38,141 nt of DNA from Bacillota bacterium (GTDB lineage: Bacteria; Bacillota; Clostridia; Christensenellales; CAG-138): assembly GCA_016288175.1 (NCBI GenBank), contig JAEEYN010000222.1, forward strand, positions 1 to 38,141. Direction: 5' to 3'. Each line of letters begins with the position of its first letter. Positions within the stretch are counted from its first letter, which is position 1. The notes beneath the pieces are model-generated. The model saw nothing but the letters and a program-made list of their open reading frames with translations, had not been told where the DNA came from and ran no database searches. A program made the position numbers and the translations under genes. This document shows positions 10,234-17,539 of the stretch, one piece after another.

Positions 10234-12501
10234 TCACCTCATTCTGACGATATTATGCCAATTCAATGCGCCGCTGAAGCCGTTGATCGTGTTCTGGTTG
10301 CCGATGAATGCGACCGAACCGTCGCTGAACAGGGCTGCGGAGACCCAGAGCGAACCTGATACTGCGACGACATGCTTATTGCCGTAACTGTTCCACTGGG
10401 AAACATTGCACTGTCCGTATGTGTTGTCACCGGTGCAGCCGACGTTTCCGTTCCTGTCGATGTAAACGAAATGATAGCCCTTCGACGCGATGCAGGCGAT
10501 GTTAGTAAGGTTGCGGACAAGAGTCTGGTCATGCTTGTATCCGCCGGTATAAACTACCGTGCCGTTTGCGCGAAGCCCGACGGAGCCGCCCTGACAGGCC
10601 GTTATCGCAACGATGCCGCTCCAGTTATAAACATCGCACCTTTCGCCGGCTTTGCCCTCCTCTCGGCCGAAAGCGGCGCACGTACCGTCCGCGAAAAGGA
10701 TCAGAACATGGTCCCTGCCGGCGGAGACCGAAACGGCTTGCGCGCCGGAGGCTGACCTTATCGAGTACGGGAAGGAATAACTGAGCAGCTCTTCGCTCGG
10801 ATCATGCTTTTCGGGATGGCCCGCAACGAAAACGTTGCCGTAGCTGTCCAATGCGATCAATGTCCTTGCCTGAGCGGATATCTGGACGATATTGCGCCAG
10901 CTGTAGACATAATTCAAGTCGATGTATTCGGAGTCGCTGCCCGCGATCACGACAGTGCCGTCGCGCCTGAGGCCTGCGGAGAAATAGTATCCTGCGGCGA
11001 CCTGAACGATATCGTTCCAGCCGCTGACATTGCATTTTCCGTTATTGTTGTTGCCTTCCGCAACAGCATGACCGTTGCTCAGCAGACCGATGACATGATC
11101 CTGACCGACGTCAAAGCCCCAGCAGTAATACTGACTTTGCTCGAATGCGGGAACGGACGTCGGTGCATCCGTAGGCTGCGGCGTTGCAGGCACAGCTGTC
11201 GGGTCAGGCGTCGGTTCATCCGTCGGCGCGGGGGTATAATACGGTTCCGTCGGGTATCCCGTCGGGGCAGGAGTCGGAACTTCGGGAACTGCCGTAGCTG
11301 CCCCCGGGTTCGGTTCCGGAGTTTTGGCGGTATTGTCGCCGCTTTGCGCGGTCTGATCCGGCTCAGCTGTCGCAGTGGGATCTCCGGAATTTCCCGCAAA
11401 GAAGTTTTTATAAGCAAACCACCCGCCGACGCCGAGAAGCGCAAGGGCGAGAATTATCAGGATCGCGATCAAAGCTTTTTTATTTCCGCCGTTCTGCTTC
11501 CCCGTTTCAGCCGGAACGGGCTGAACAGGTCCCTGCTGCATCGGCGGGACCGGCGCTGCAGGCACGCCGATAAAGTTCCTGTCCATGATCGCAGCCTTCA
11601 TTTCGCCCGCGCTTTGGAAACGGTTTGCTGGGTTCGGGTCGCATGCCTTCAGGACGACAGCACCGAGATGCGGAGAGGCACCGTCGGGCATCGGAAGCTT
11701 CGCACCGCCGAGACGGGCTTTACGGGCTTCGCGCACAGCGGCGGTATCGTTTTCGCGTCCTCTCGCGACGAAGGGGAACCTGTTCCCATTGAGAAGTTTA
11801 TAAAGCAGGATGCCAAGCGCATAGGTATCCGATGTTCGGTCGCGCCTGCCGCCCGAGGACGACTCCGGCGGAAGATAGTTCCAAACATCCTCTTTCTTTT
11901 CATTGCCGCAAAGCAGTTCGACTGCCTGTTCAGTGCCGGGAAAAGCGACCTTGTAATTGCCGTTCACATCGACAAAGATGCTGTCCTCGCAGATTTTTCC
12001 GTAAACCCTGTTCCCGCTTTCGCATATTTCGAGGAAGGATGCGATATCGCTTCCGAGCTTAACGGCTTCGTTTTCGTCGATGGATTCCTGACCTTCGAGA
12101 TAATCGGCGAGCGGAGTCAGCCGCTCCGTCAGCGTGCAGATGACCCATCCGGATGAATCTTTATTTTTGAAAGTGCGGCAATCGCGGATGCGTGCTGCGC
12201 CGTTCGTTCCGTTCATACCGCGTATCGCGTTCAGCTGGTTCACGTAATCCGCAGCCATGGACTCGAATGCCGATTCCATTTGTTCCGCGCTGCCGTATTT
12301 CCCGGCGAGCGCCGCGCTGTCCGCGCTTTCTGGCGGGATCGTGACGACTCTTACAGATGCAAGGTCATCAAGGCCGGGCGCCGATGCAGAGCTGTTTCGA
12401 ACAGCGCCGAACATTTCGGCACATTTTCCGTTTTGGATGCTGTTTCCGAGTTGGTATTCGGGCCATGTGTTTTGAATTATCCGTAATATCTCCTGCTGCA
12501 T
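10234..12501 (-). CDS. Membrane pseudokinase with 7-repeat RCC1-like propeller ectodomain (paralog of the downstream gene)
   Basis: Same architecture as its neighbour, but the catalytic positions read SVR (for VAIK), YGKICEDS (11980-12003, for HRDxKxxN), AFPG (for DFG) and PPE (for APE). TM helix ALIAILIILALALLGVGGWFAY. AAGAGGA RBS. Confidence 0.8.
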   Translation of the reverse strand: MQQEILRIIQNTWPEYQLGNSIQNGKCAEMFGAVRNSSASAPGLDDLASVRVVTIPPESADSAALAGKYGSAEQMESAFESMAADYVNQLNAIRGMNGTNGAARIRDCRTFKNKDSSGWVICTLTERLTPLADYLEGQESIDENEAVKLGSDIASFLEICESGNRVYGKICEDSIFVDVNGNYKVAFPGTEQAVELLCGNEKKEDVWNYLPPESSSGGRRDRTSDTYALGILLYKLLNGNRFPFVARGRENDTAAVREARKARLGGAKLPMPDGASPHLGAVVLKACDPNPANRFQSAGEMKAAIMDRNFIGVPAAPVPPMQQGPVQPVPAETGKQNGGNKKALIAILIILALALLGVGGWFAYKNFFAGNSGDPTATAEPDQTAQSGDNTAKTPEPNPGAATAVPEVPTPAPTGYPTEPYYTPAPTDEPTPDPTAVPATPQPTDAPTSVPAFEQSQYYCWGFDVGQDHVIGLLSNGHAVAEGNNNNGKCNVSGWNDIVQVAAGYYFSAGLRRDGTVVIAGSDSEYIDLNYVYSWRNIVQISAQARTLIALDSYGNVFVAGHPEKHDPSEELLSYSFPYSIRSASGAQAVSVSAGRDHVLILFADGTCAAFGREEGKAGERCDVYNWSGIVAITACQGGSVGLRANGTVVYTGGYKHDQTLVRNLTNIACIASKGYHFVYIDRNGNVGCTGDNTYGQCNVSQWNSYGNKHVVAVSGSLWVSAALFSDGSVAFIGNQNTINGFSGALNWHNIVRMR

Positions 12502-12629
12502 GCTTTTTCCTCTTTTCGTGATGCCTCCCTCACCGCTTCGGGCGGCGCTGATTGAGAATGTTGAATGGTCACGCCCGATTCGTGTCGAAACGGCGCTTGC
12601 AGAATCCTCTGTAATATATAGATGTGTTT

Positions 12630-12659
12630 ATTTTATCATAATCGGGGAATTCATGTCAA
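12630..12659 (-). promoter_or_regulatory. Sigma-A-type promoter for the pseudokinase/kinase pair
   Basis: Minus strand reads TTGACA-18 nt-TAAAAT, leaving a leader of about 120 nt before the ATG at 12501. Confidence 0.6.
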
Positions 12660-12689
12660 CAATGAAGGAACCGTTGCGAAGTTCGCGGC

Positions 12690-12734
12690 AAAAAAGCAGG
12701 GCGGTTCCGAAAAGAGCCGTCCCGCTGTATTTTT
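12690..12734. terminator. Bidirectional rho-independent terminator (serves the LRR-dockerin gene on the minus strand)
   Basis: 13-bp stem AGCAGGGCGGTTC / GAGCCGTCCCGCT (one mismatch, two G:U pairs) with loop CGAAAA, flanked by an A-run and a T-run. Confidence 0.7.
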
Positions 12735-12753
12735 AATCGTTCAAATTGCCATA

Positions 12754-13884
12754 TCAGCCTGCTGCGACCTGGCGCATGATGAGAATTGCGTCGGTTGTGT
12801 TGACGCCGCCCCGGCCGTTCATGTCGGCGTTGACAAGGCCCTGTTCGGTGATTTCCGCAAGACCCATGGAGTAACGCATAACGAGCAGAGCGTCGGAGGA
12901 ATTCACAGCGCCGTTGCAGTCCGCGTCGCCGAGAAGAGTGACTTCGGGACCGACGGGCGTTTCGCTGAATTTCGCGATAAAAGTCGAGGGAAGCTGTTCA
13001 TCCGCCGACGGCATCCAATTCGCATCCTCCGAAAGCAGGTTGTCCTCTCCGTCATACCAACCGATGAACTCTTCGCCTTCATCCGCTGTCGCAATATGCC
13101 ACATGTCGGGTCTGTCATCCAAAACATAATCGTAGCATGCAACAGTGCCGTTTCCGACCGCAATAATGCTTTCAAAGCCAAACTTATCTGCGTTCACTTT
13201 GATTTCCTTGAGGGGATTGTCCAGGCAGCCGATTTGAGTCAGATCAGTGCAGAGTGATACATCCAGCACCGTCAGATTATTGTTGCTGCATTCCAGGCAC
13301 GGTATGCTCGGGCATCCGCTTACGTCAAGGAAGGACAGTTGGTTATCAGAGACGTCAATGCCGAAATTCAGCGCGGCATGATCACCGCTGAGATCGAGCG
13401 ATTCGATCGCGCACATATTGCAGGTCAGTTCCTGAATGAGGCTGCTCCCCGTTACGTAAAGCGAAGTCAGCGTTTCACACATGCTGCAGTCGAGGCTGAT
13501 CAAAGCCGGGCAATTCGATGCATCTACAGACGTCAGGTTATTGCTTGCGCAATAAAGCATATCCAACTCGGTGAAGCCGCTGACATCCAGATCTCCGACA
13601 AGCTCTTTGTTCGGGATGGAGATCATGTTCACATGACCGCCGACCCAATAGATGTCGCAGCCCCAGGAATTCGGATCTTCCGGATCGACCGTATCTCAGA
13701 GCTTCGATGCATTGGTCACGCCGTCTGCGTCTTCGAGTCGGAGAAATGCTGCCATCTTGTTGTACTCGTATTCGTCATAGCTTTCCGGTACTTCGCGGTG
13801 CATTTCTGCGATCGCAAAGACAGGAACGACCGCAAGCACCATCATCAGCGCGATGATTGAGCTTAGGATCCGTTTTACTTTCAG
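12754..13884 (-). pseudogene. Leucine-rich-repeat + dockerin secreted protein, interrupted by an in-frame TGA (13696-13698) and lacking an ATG start
   Basis: The frame upstream of the 292-aa ORF encodes a signal peptide (KVKRILSSIIALMMVLAVVPVFAIAE) and runs in the same frame into TGA. The LRR units include LTSVDASNCPALISLDCSMCETLTSL. The dockerin reads DADCNGAVNSSD...DMNGRGGVNTTD. The only start-like codon after the GGAG is a CTG at 13884. Confidence 0.6.
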
Positions 13885-13947
13885 TTTTTTCTCCGAAGTT
13901 TTTCACGGCCGCACGGCCTTGCTTCAGGCGGAAGTGTTCCGCCGGAT

Positions 13948-13977
13948 AACATAATTCTTATACCATATTGCAGTCAA
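13948..13977 (-). promoter_or_regulatory. Possible promoter for the LRR-dockerin (pseudo)gene
   Basis: Minus strand reads TTGACT-18 nt-TATGTT, followed by two short hairpins (GGCGGAA-cac-TTCCGCC and GGCCG-tg-CGGCC) before the RBS. Confidence 0.35.
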
Positions 13978-13995
13978 AAAGAAAAGCGTAATATA

Positions 13996-14823
13996 TCACT
14001 TGCCTCTGTTTTTCAGTATCCTGCGAATGATCGCGTACTGCAGGCGGTCCGGCAAAGCGTTCATTATCAGCAGCAGCGGGTTGCGGTTGATCTTGTAGAC
14101 ATACTTCGGGTGTTTTGCACGGGCAGCACGACTTGCGAGCGCGGCGATCTTTTCGGGCGGGACTTTTCGCGCCTCCACCCTTCCGACGATGCTTTTGAAG
14201 CGTTCGGCGTTGCAGCGATACAGCTTTGTATTATCGATAAAATCATCGAGCCGCTTTGTGGAAACATCGAGAAGGCCCGTATCAACAGCACCGGGCCGGA
14301 TCAGTATCACGCGATGACCGAGAAGCTGCAGCTCCATCCGCAGCGAATAGGCGTATTGTTCAACTGCGGTCTTCGTAATCGCGTAAATGCCTGTGAACGG
14401 AAGCGGGTCGAGCGGCGCAAGCTCGCTCGAAACGATGATGATCCTTCCGTTCGGCTTGAGCAGGGGCAGAAAAGCTTTGTTAACGCGGTAATCGGAGAAA
14501 AGATTGACGTCGAAGATGCGTTTGAAATCCGTTTCATCCATCTCCACGAGCGAATTGAGATCATACATCCCCGCCATATTGATGATGTAGTCGAGTTTTT
14601 CGCCGGATGCTTTCAGTTTCGCCGCAGCTGCATTCACGGAATCGCCATCGGTCAAGTCGGTTTTTATGAAGTCAAAACCATCCGTTGACTCCGGCTCGCT
14701 GATATCGAGACCGAAAACGCGGCAGCCCTCCGATGAGAATTTTTTAACGGCGGCTGAGCCCATGCCGCCCGCCGCGCCGGTTATCAAAACAGTTTCTTTG
14801 CTTTCAGATTCGGTCTTTATCAT
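13996..14823 (-). CDS. Short-chain dehydrogenase/reductase (classical SDR)
   Basis: TGAAGGMG cofactor motif, catalytic YAITK (YxxxK), and an upstream SSE Ser. The start overlaps the upstream gene by 20 nt. Confidence 0.85.
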   Translation of the reverse strand: MIKTESESKETVLITGAAGGMGSAAVKKFSSEGCRVFGLDISEPESTDGFDFIKTDLTDGDSVNAAAAKLKASGEKLDYIINMAGMYDLNSLVEMDETDFKRIFDVNLFSDYRVNKAFLPLLKPNGRIIIVSSELAPLDPLPFTGIYAITKTAVEQYAYSLRMELQLLGHRVILIRPGAVDTGLLDVSTKRLDDFIDNTKLYRCNAERFKSIVGRVEARKVPPEKIAALASRAARAKHPKYVYKINRNPLLLIMNALPDRLQYAIIRRILKNRGK

Positions 14824-15241
14824 CGTTTTTGCTCAATATGGCGTCGAGAATCTCAAAGAGCTCATCATCGTTTTGATAAGGATAGATGCTGAAGTACGGG
14901 TCGCCTGTCAGCATCGCCGAAAGCTGCGCCTTTGTCTTATCATAGAAGATGTGGCATGGCGTTCCGAGCTTTTCCGCATAGGCGAGCTCATAGCCGACGC
15001 CGAGAGAAGGACAGGTGCATTCCGCGATCAGAATGTCGGCTTCGCGCAGCCAGGCGGTATCCTGCTCATAGATCTCCGCGTCGCGGTCACGCCCGAGCTC
15101 CAAAGCGCTGAGCTGCGGGCTGCCGACATGCTCGGTCAGAACAACATCGGTCCGCTGCATGTATTCGATCATCCGGCGGTAAAGTTCCGCATCGACCCGC
15201 CCTCCGCGGATCGAACCCGCAAAATAGATTTTTCTTTTCAT
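14804..15241 (-). CDS. DNPH1/Rcl-like 2'-deoxynucleoside 5'-phosphate N-hydrolase (nucleoside 2-deoxyribosyltransferase superfamily)
   Basis: MKRKIYFAGSIRGGR...LY.R...VLTEHV...IYEQD..WL..AD...PSLGVGYEL...LSAM aligns block for block with human DNPH1 as I remember it. The ATG at 15241 overlaps the upstream stop (ATGA). Confidence 0.8.
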   Translation of the reverse strand: MKRKIYFAGSIRGGRVDAELYRRMIEYMQRTDVVLTEHVGSPQLSALELGRDRDAEIYEQDTAWLREADILIAECTCPSLGVGYELAYAEKLGTPCHIFYDKTKAQLSAMLTGDPYFSIYPYQNDDELFEILDAILSKNDDKDRI

Positions 15242-15885
15242 ACGCTCTTCCTCCAAATTTCGAGATCCGTTACAGCCGAACAGAGCATTTCCTCCGGCTT
15301 CACTCCCGGATCGATCCACTGCGCTGTCTTTTCCTCCGGCAGAATCAGGGGCATCCTGTCATGGATCCTCGCAAGTTCTGCTGTCGGAGCGCGCGTTAGA
15401 ACAACGAATTTCGGAAGGCCGGCCTCCATTCGGTAGAGTCCGCAAAGGAAAACTTCCTTCCCGTTTTTCGGGCGTATCGACCAGCGCTCACCCGTCCTTT
15501 TCCGCCCGTTTTCGGAGGGGATATGCTCCCATTCGAAATACCATGAGGCCGGAATTATGCAGCGCCTGCTCCGCCATGATGGTGCGAAAGCGCGTTTCTC
15601 CCCCGCCGTCTCCGCCCGTGCGTTGAAAACATCGCATGTCGGGAGAGTCTGTCCTTCGGCCGGCGGTTTGAGGCTGAAGCCCCACTGCATCGGGAATACG
15701 GTTTCAATTTCTTTTTTATTCAGCGCGATAGCTGGCGTTACTGATGCCGGACCGACTTCCCCGCTCTGCAGGATCGGCGACGCAAGAAGGCTGCGGAACC
15801 TGTCTGCAAGCGGGCTCACGTTCGCCGTTTCGGCAAGTTCCCTCAGCCGTTTTGAATCCCTGTCGATAAAAAACCTTACGCACAT
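15238..15885 (-). CDS. SOS-response-associated peptidase (SRAP; YedK/HMCES family) abasic-site sensor
   Basis: Start MCVRF places Cys at position 2. The conserved FNARAET, WYFEWE and IHDRMP blocks are present. The ATG lies 2 nt after the upstream stop. Confidence 0.85.
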   Translation of the reverse strand: MCVRFFIDRDSKRLRELAETANVSPLADRFRSLLASPILQSGEVGPASVTPAIALNKKEIETVFPMQWGFSLKPPAEGQTLPTCDVFNARAETAGEKRAFAPSWRSRRCIIPASWYFEWEHIPSENGRKRTGERWSIRPKNGKEVFLCGLYRMEAGLPKFVVLTRAPTAELARIHDRMPLILPEEKTAQWIDPGVKPEEMLCSAVTDLEIWRKSV

Positions 15886-15887
15886 AT

Positions 15888-16442
15888 TCAGCGATCCTTT
15901 CCGATCCAAAGCATCAGGCAGCGATGTGTTTTTCCTCTGTATTCAATGCTTTCCGTTTCGCCTGTGAAGCGCATACCGCTCTTTTCCATCACGCGCCTGC
16001 TCGCGGTATTTTCCTCAAAACAGCCCGCACGAACTGTTTCAAAGCCGAGACGGAACAGCTCCGCAATCGCGGTTTTAAGCATCTCTGTCGCAAATCCGCG
16101 GTTTTTATGCTCGGGGTCGACAACATAGCCGAGTTCGATAGCATTTCCTTCAACGCAGGTATCGTTGAGAAAGCCGACGGCAGTATCGCCGAAAAGCGCA
16201 AGATAAATAAAATGCCCGTCGGAATTCGAAAGCGCTTTCATCCTTTCGAACAGACGGACAGCTTCATCCTCCGAGGAAAAATCGGGGATCATATAGGTCT
16301 TTTTGATCTCTTCGTTATAGAAAAGCCGAAGCAAAGTCTCCCTGTCAGCGCCTGTCAGCGGCCGCAGATTAAGCCGCTCCGAAGCAAGATCCCGGCTTCG
16401 TAAAGCAAGTTTATTGATGAATTGTATTCGGTTATCGCTCAC
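15888..16442 (-). CDS. GNAT N-acetyltransferase (RimJ/RimL-like)
   Basis: ERLNLRPLTGADRETLLRLF N-terminus and the RGFATEML...GF acetyl-CoA motif. I chose the GTG at 16442 because a TTGCAT-17-TATACT promoter lies inside the longer track ORF. Confidence 0.75.
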   Translation of the reverse strand: MSDNRIQFINKLALRSRDLASERLNLRPLTGADRETLLRLFYNEEIKKTYMIPDFSSEDEAVRLFERMKALSNSDGHFIYLALFGDTAVGFLNDTCVEGNAIELGYVVDPEHKNRGFATEMLKTAIAELFRLGFETVRAGCFEENTASRRVMEKSGMRFTGETESIEYRGKTHRCLMLWIGKDR

Positions 16443-16475
16443 GAATTTCCCTTTCGCATTATTTTCCTTTGAGTC

Positions 16476-16504
16476 AGTATAGCATCCCCGCGCTTTCAAT
16501 GCAA
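16476..16504 (-). promoter_or_regulatory. Sigma-A-type promoter of the GNAT-SRAP-DNPH1-SDR operon
   Basis: Minus strand reads TTGCAT-17 nt-TATACT. Confidence 0.55.
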
Positions 16505-16549
16505 GCGCCGTTTTTATAGCCCCGTCTTTTTCAAAAACGATATGTTGTC

Positions 16550-16578
16550 TTGACTTCCGGCGCGGATTATGGTAGTAT
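16550..16578 (+). promoter_or_regulatory. Sigma-A-type promoter (divergent) for the small membrane protein gene
   Basis: TTGACT-17 nt-TAGTAT with a TG extended -10 (TGgTAGTAT). A perfect palindrome AGTATATACT follows at 16585-16594. Confidence 0.6.
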
Positions 16579-16676
16579 GATTTCAGTATATACTATATGC
16601 GATCCTTCTGCCTGCGTTCAACAGACGGCATGGACGCCGAGGTTTATGAAATCCACTGAAAGAGAGGTAATTCACT

Positions 16677-17066
16677 ATGGATCTTAAAAAAACAATGATC
16701 AGATTCGGTATCTGCTTCCTGGTCGGTTTTTTGCTTGCGCTTGCCGTATGGGGTGTTTTGGGCCCGAACGGTGATTTCCACGGTGCGGCTGCGCTTGCAT
16801 GGATCGCCCGCATCATCATTTTCCTGCTTATCTTTGCGCTGTTCTATTGGATCGTGCTCGGCATCATGATGTCGAAAGCCAAAGGCGCCGCCGCAATCGT
16901 TCCGACAGTGATCATCTCCGCTCTTATTGCGCTGTTCGTAACGTTCCTCTGCACATGGACCGCGAGATGGACCTCTGGAACTTTCTTCGGTCTGCTGCCG
17001 CTGACCGTCGTCAACGCGCTGATCCTCTTCCTTGTGCTCTCGAAGCTCAATATTCCCCACAAATGA
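16677..17066 (+). CDS. Small integral membrane protein, function unknown
   Basis: 129 aa with about four hydrophobic helices. AGAGAGGT RBS, its own promoter and a strong terminator. Confidence 0.55.
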   Translation: MDLKKTMIRFGICFLVGFLLALAVWGVLGPNGDFHGAAALAWIARIIIFLLIFALFYWIVLGIMMSKAKGAAAIVPTVIISALIALFVTFLCTWTARWTSGTFFGLLPLTVVNALILFLVLSKLNIPHK

Positions 17067-17071
17067 TCTGC

Positions 17072-17112
17072 AAAAAGCAGGGCTCCGTCCTTTCCGACGG
17101 AGCCCTTTTTGT
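17072..17112. terminator. Bidirectional rho-independent terminator
   Basis: GGGCTCCGTC-ctttcc-GACGGAGCCC flanked by AAAAA and TTTTTG. Confidence 0.85.
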
Positions 17113-17122
17113 TTGTGGTTTT

Positions 17123-17539
17123 TTAGTTTTCCGTATTGAGCTTTCCCGCCTGTTTCAGCAATTCCTCAACGAGCGCGACGGATTCAAGGACCAGATCGTC
17201 GCAGTGCTGCTTCTTTTCGCCGCCGGCTTCCGCGTTCATTCGCAGGAGTTCCGAGCAGTCCAGCACGCCGTTATGGTTCAGCTTCATTTTAAGGTGGAAT
17301 TCGGAAACCGTCCGCGGGTCGTCCGCACCGAAAAGGCCAAGCGCCATCAGGCCTCCTGTCACTGCGCCGCATACGGACCCACGCTTCATTCCGCCGCCGA
17401 AATTTGCGGCGATACGGAATGCCGTTTCCTCCGTTATTCCCGCAGCTTCCGCGAACGGGATCAGTACCGACTGTGCGCAGTTATAGTGCGGTACCTCGAT
17501 CGCACGGAGTTCTTTGGCCTTTTCGATAAACTTGCTCAT
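17123..17539 (-). CDS. C_GCAxxG_C_C family (putative redox-active) protein
   Basis: Family Cys pattern present: YNCAQSV, SVCGAVTGG, LDCSELL, HCDDLV. The ATG shares one base with the MerR stop (TAATG). Confidence 0.75.
   Translation of the reverse strand: MSKFIEKAKELRAIEVPHYNCAQSVLIPFAEAAGITEETAFRIAANFGGGMKRGSVCGAVTGGLMALGLFGADDPRTVSEFHLKMKLNHNGVLDCSELLRMNAEAGGEKKQHCDDLVLESVALVEELLKQAGKLNTEN

Noticed and set aside
8429-12156. Long plus-strand ORFs (395 aa at 8429-9616, 450 aa at 10804-12156, and others) antisense to the kinase-like genes
   Set aside because: They are Arg/Ala/Pro-rich, low-complexity translations typical of the antisense frame of high-GC genes. They have no RBS and no motifs, and the minus-strand products have clear domain structure.
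12500-12736. 78-aa plus-strand ORF in the gap upstream of the pseudokinase
   Set aside because: It has no RBS and spans a minus-strand promoter and a terminator hairpin. The region is better explained as leader and regulatory DNA.
13696-13698. In-frame TGA as selenocysteine or as evidence of an alternative genetic code (TGA = Trp/Gly)
   Set aside because: TGA terminates many well-defined genes in this window, including both ABC genes, EamA, SRAP and whiA. I saw no SECIS-like hairpin directly downstream, only a direct GATCCG repeat. A secreted LRR protein is not a selenoprotein context.
16644-17060. 138-aa minus-strand ORF overlapping the small membrane protein gene
   Set aside because: Its product is highly charged and low-complexity. 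The plus-strand ORF has the promoter, the RBS, the hydrophobic helices and the terminator.
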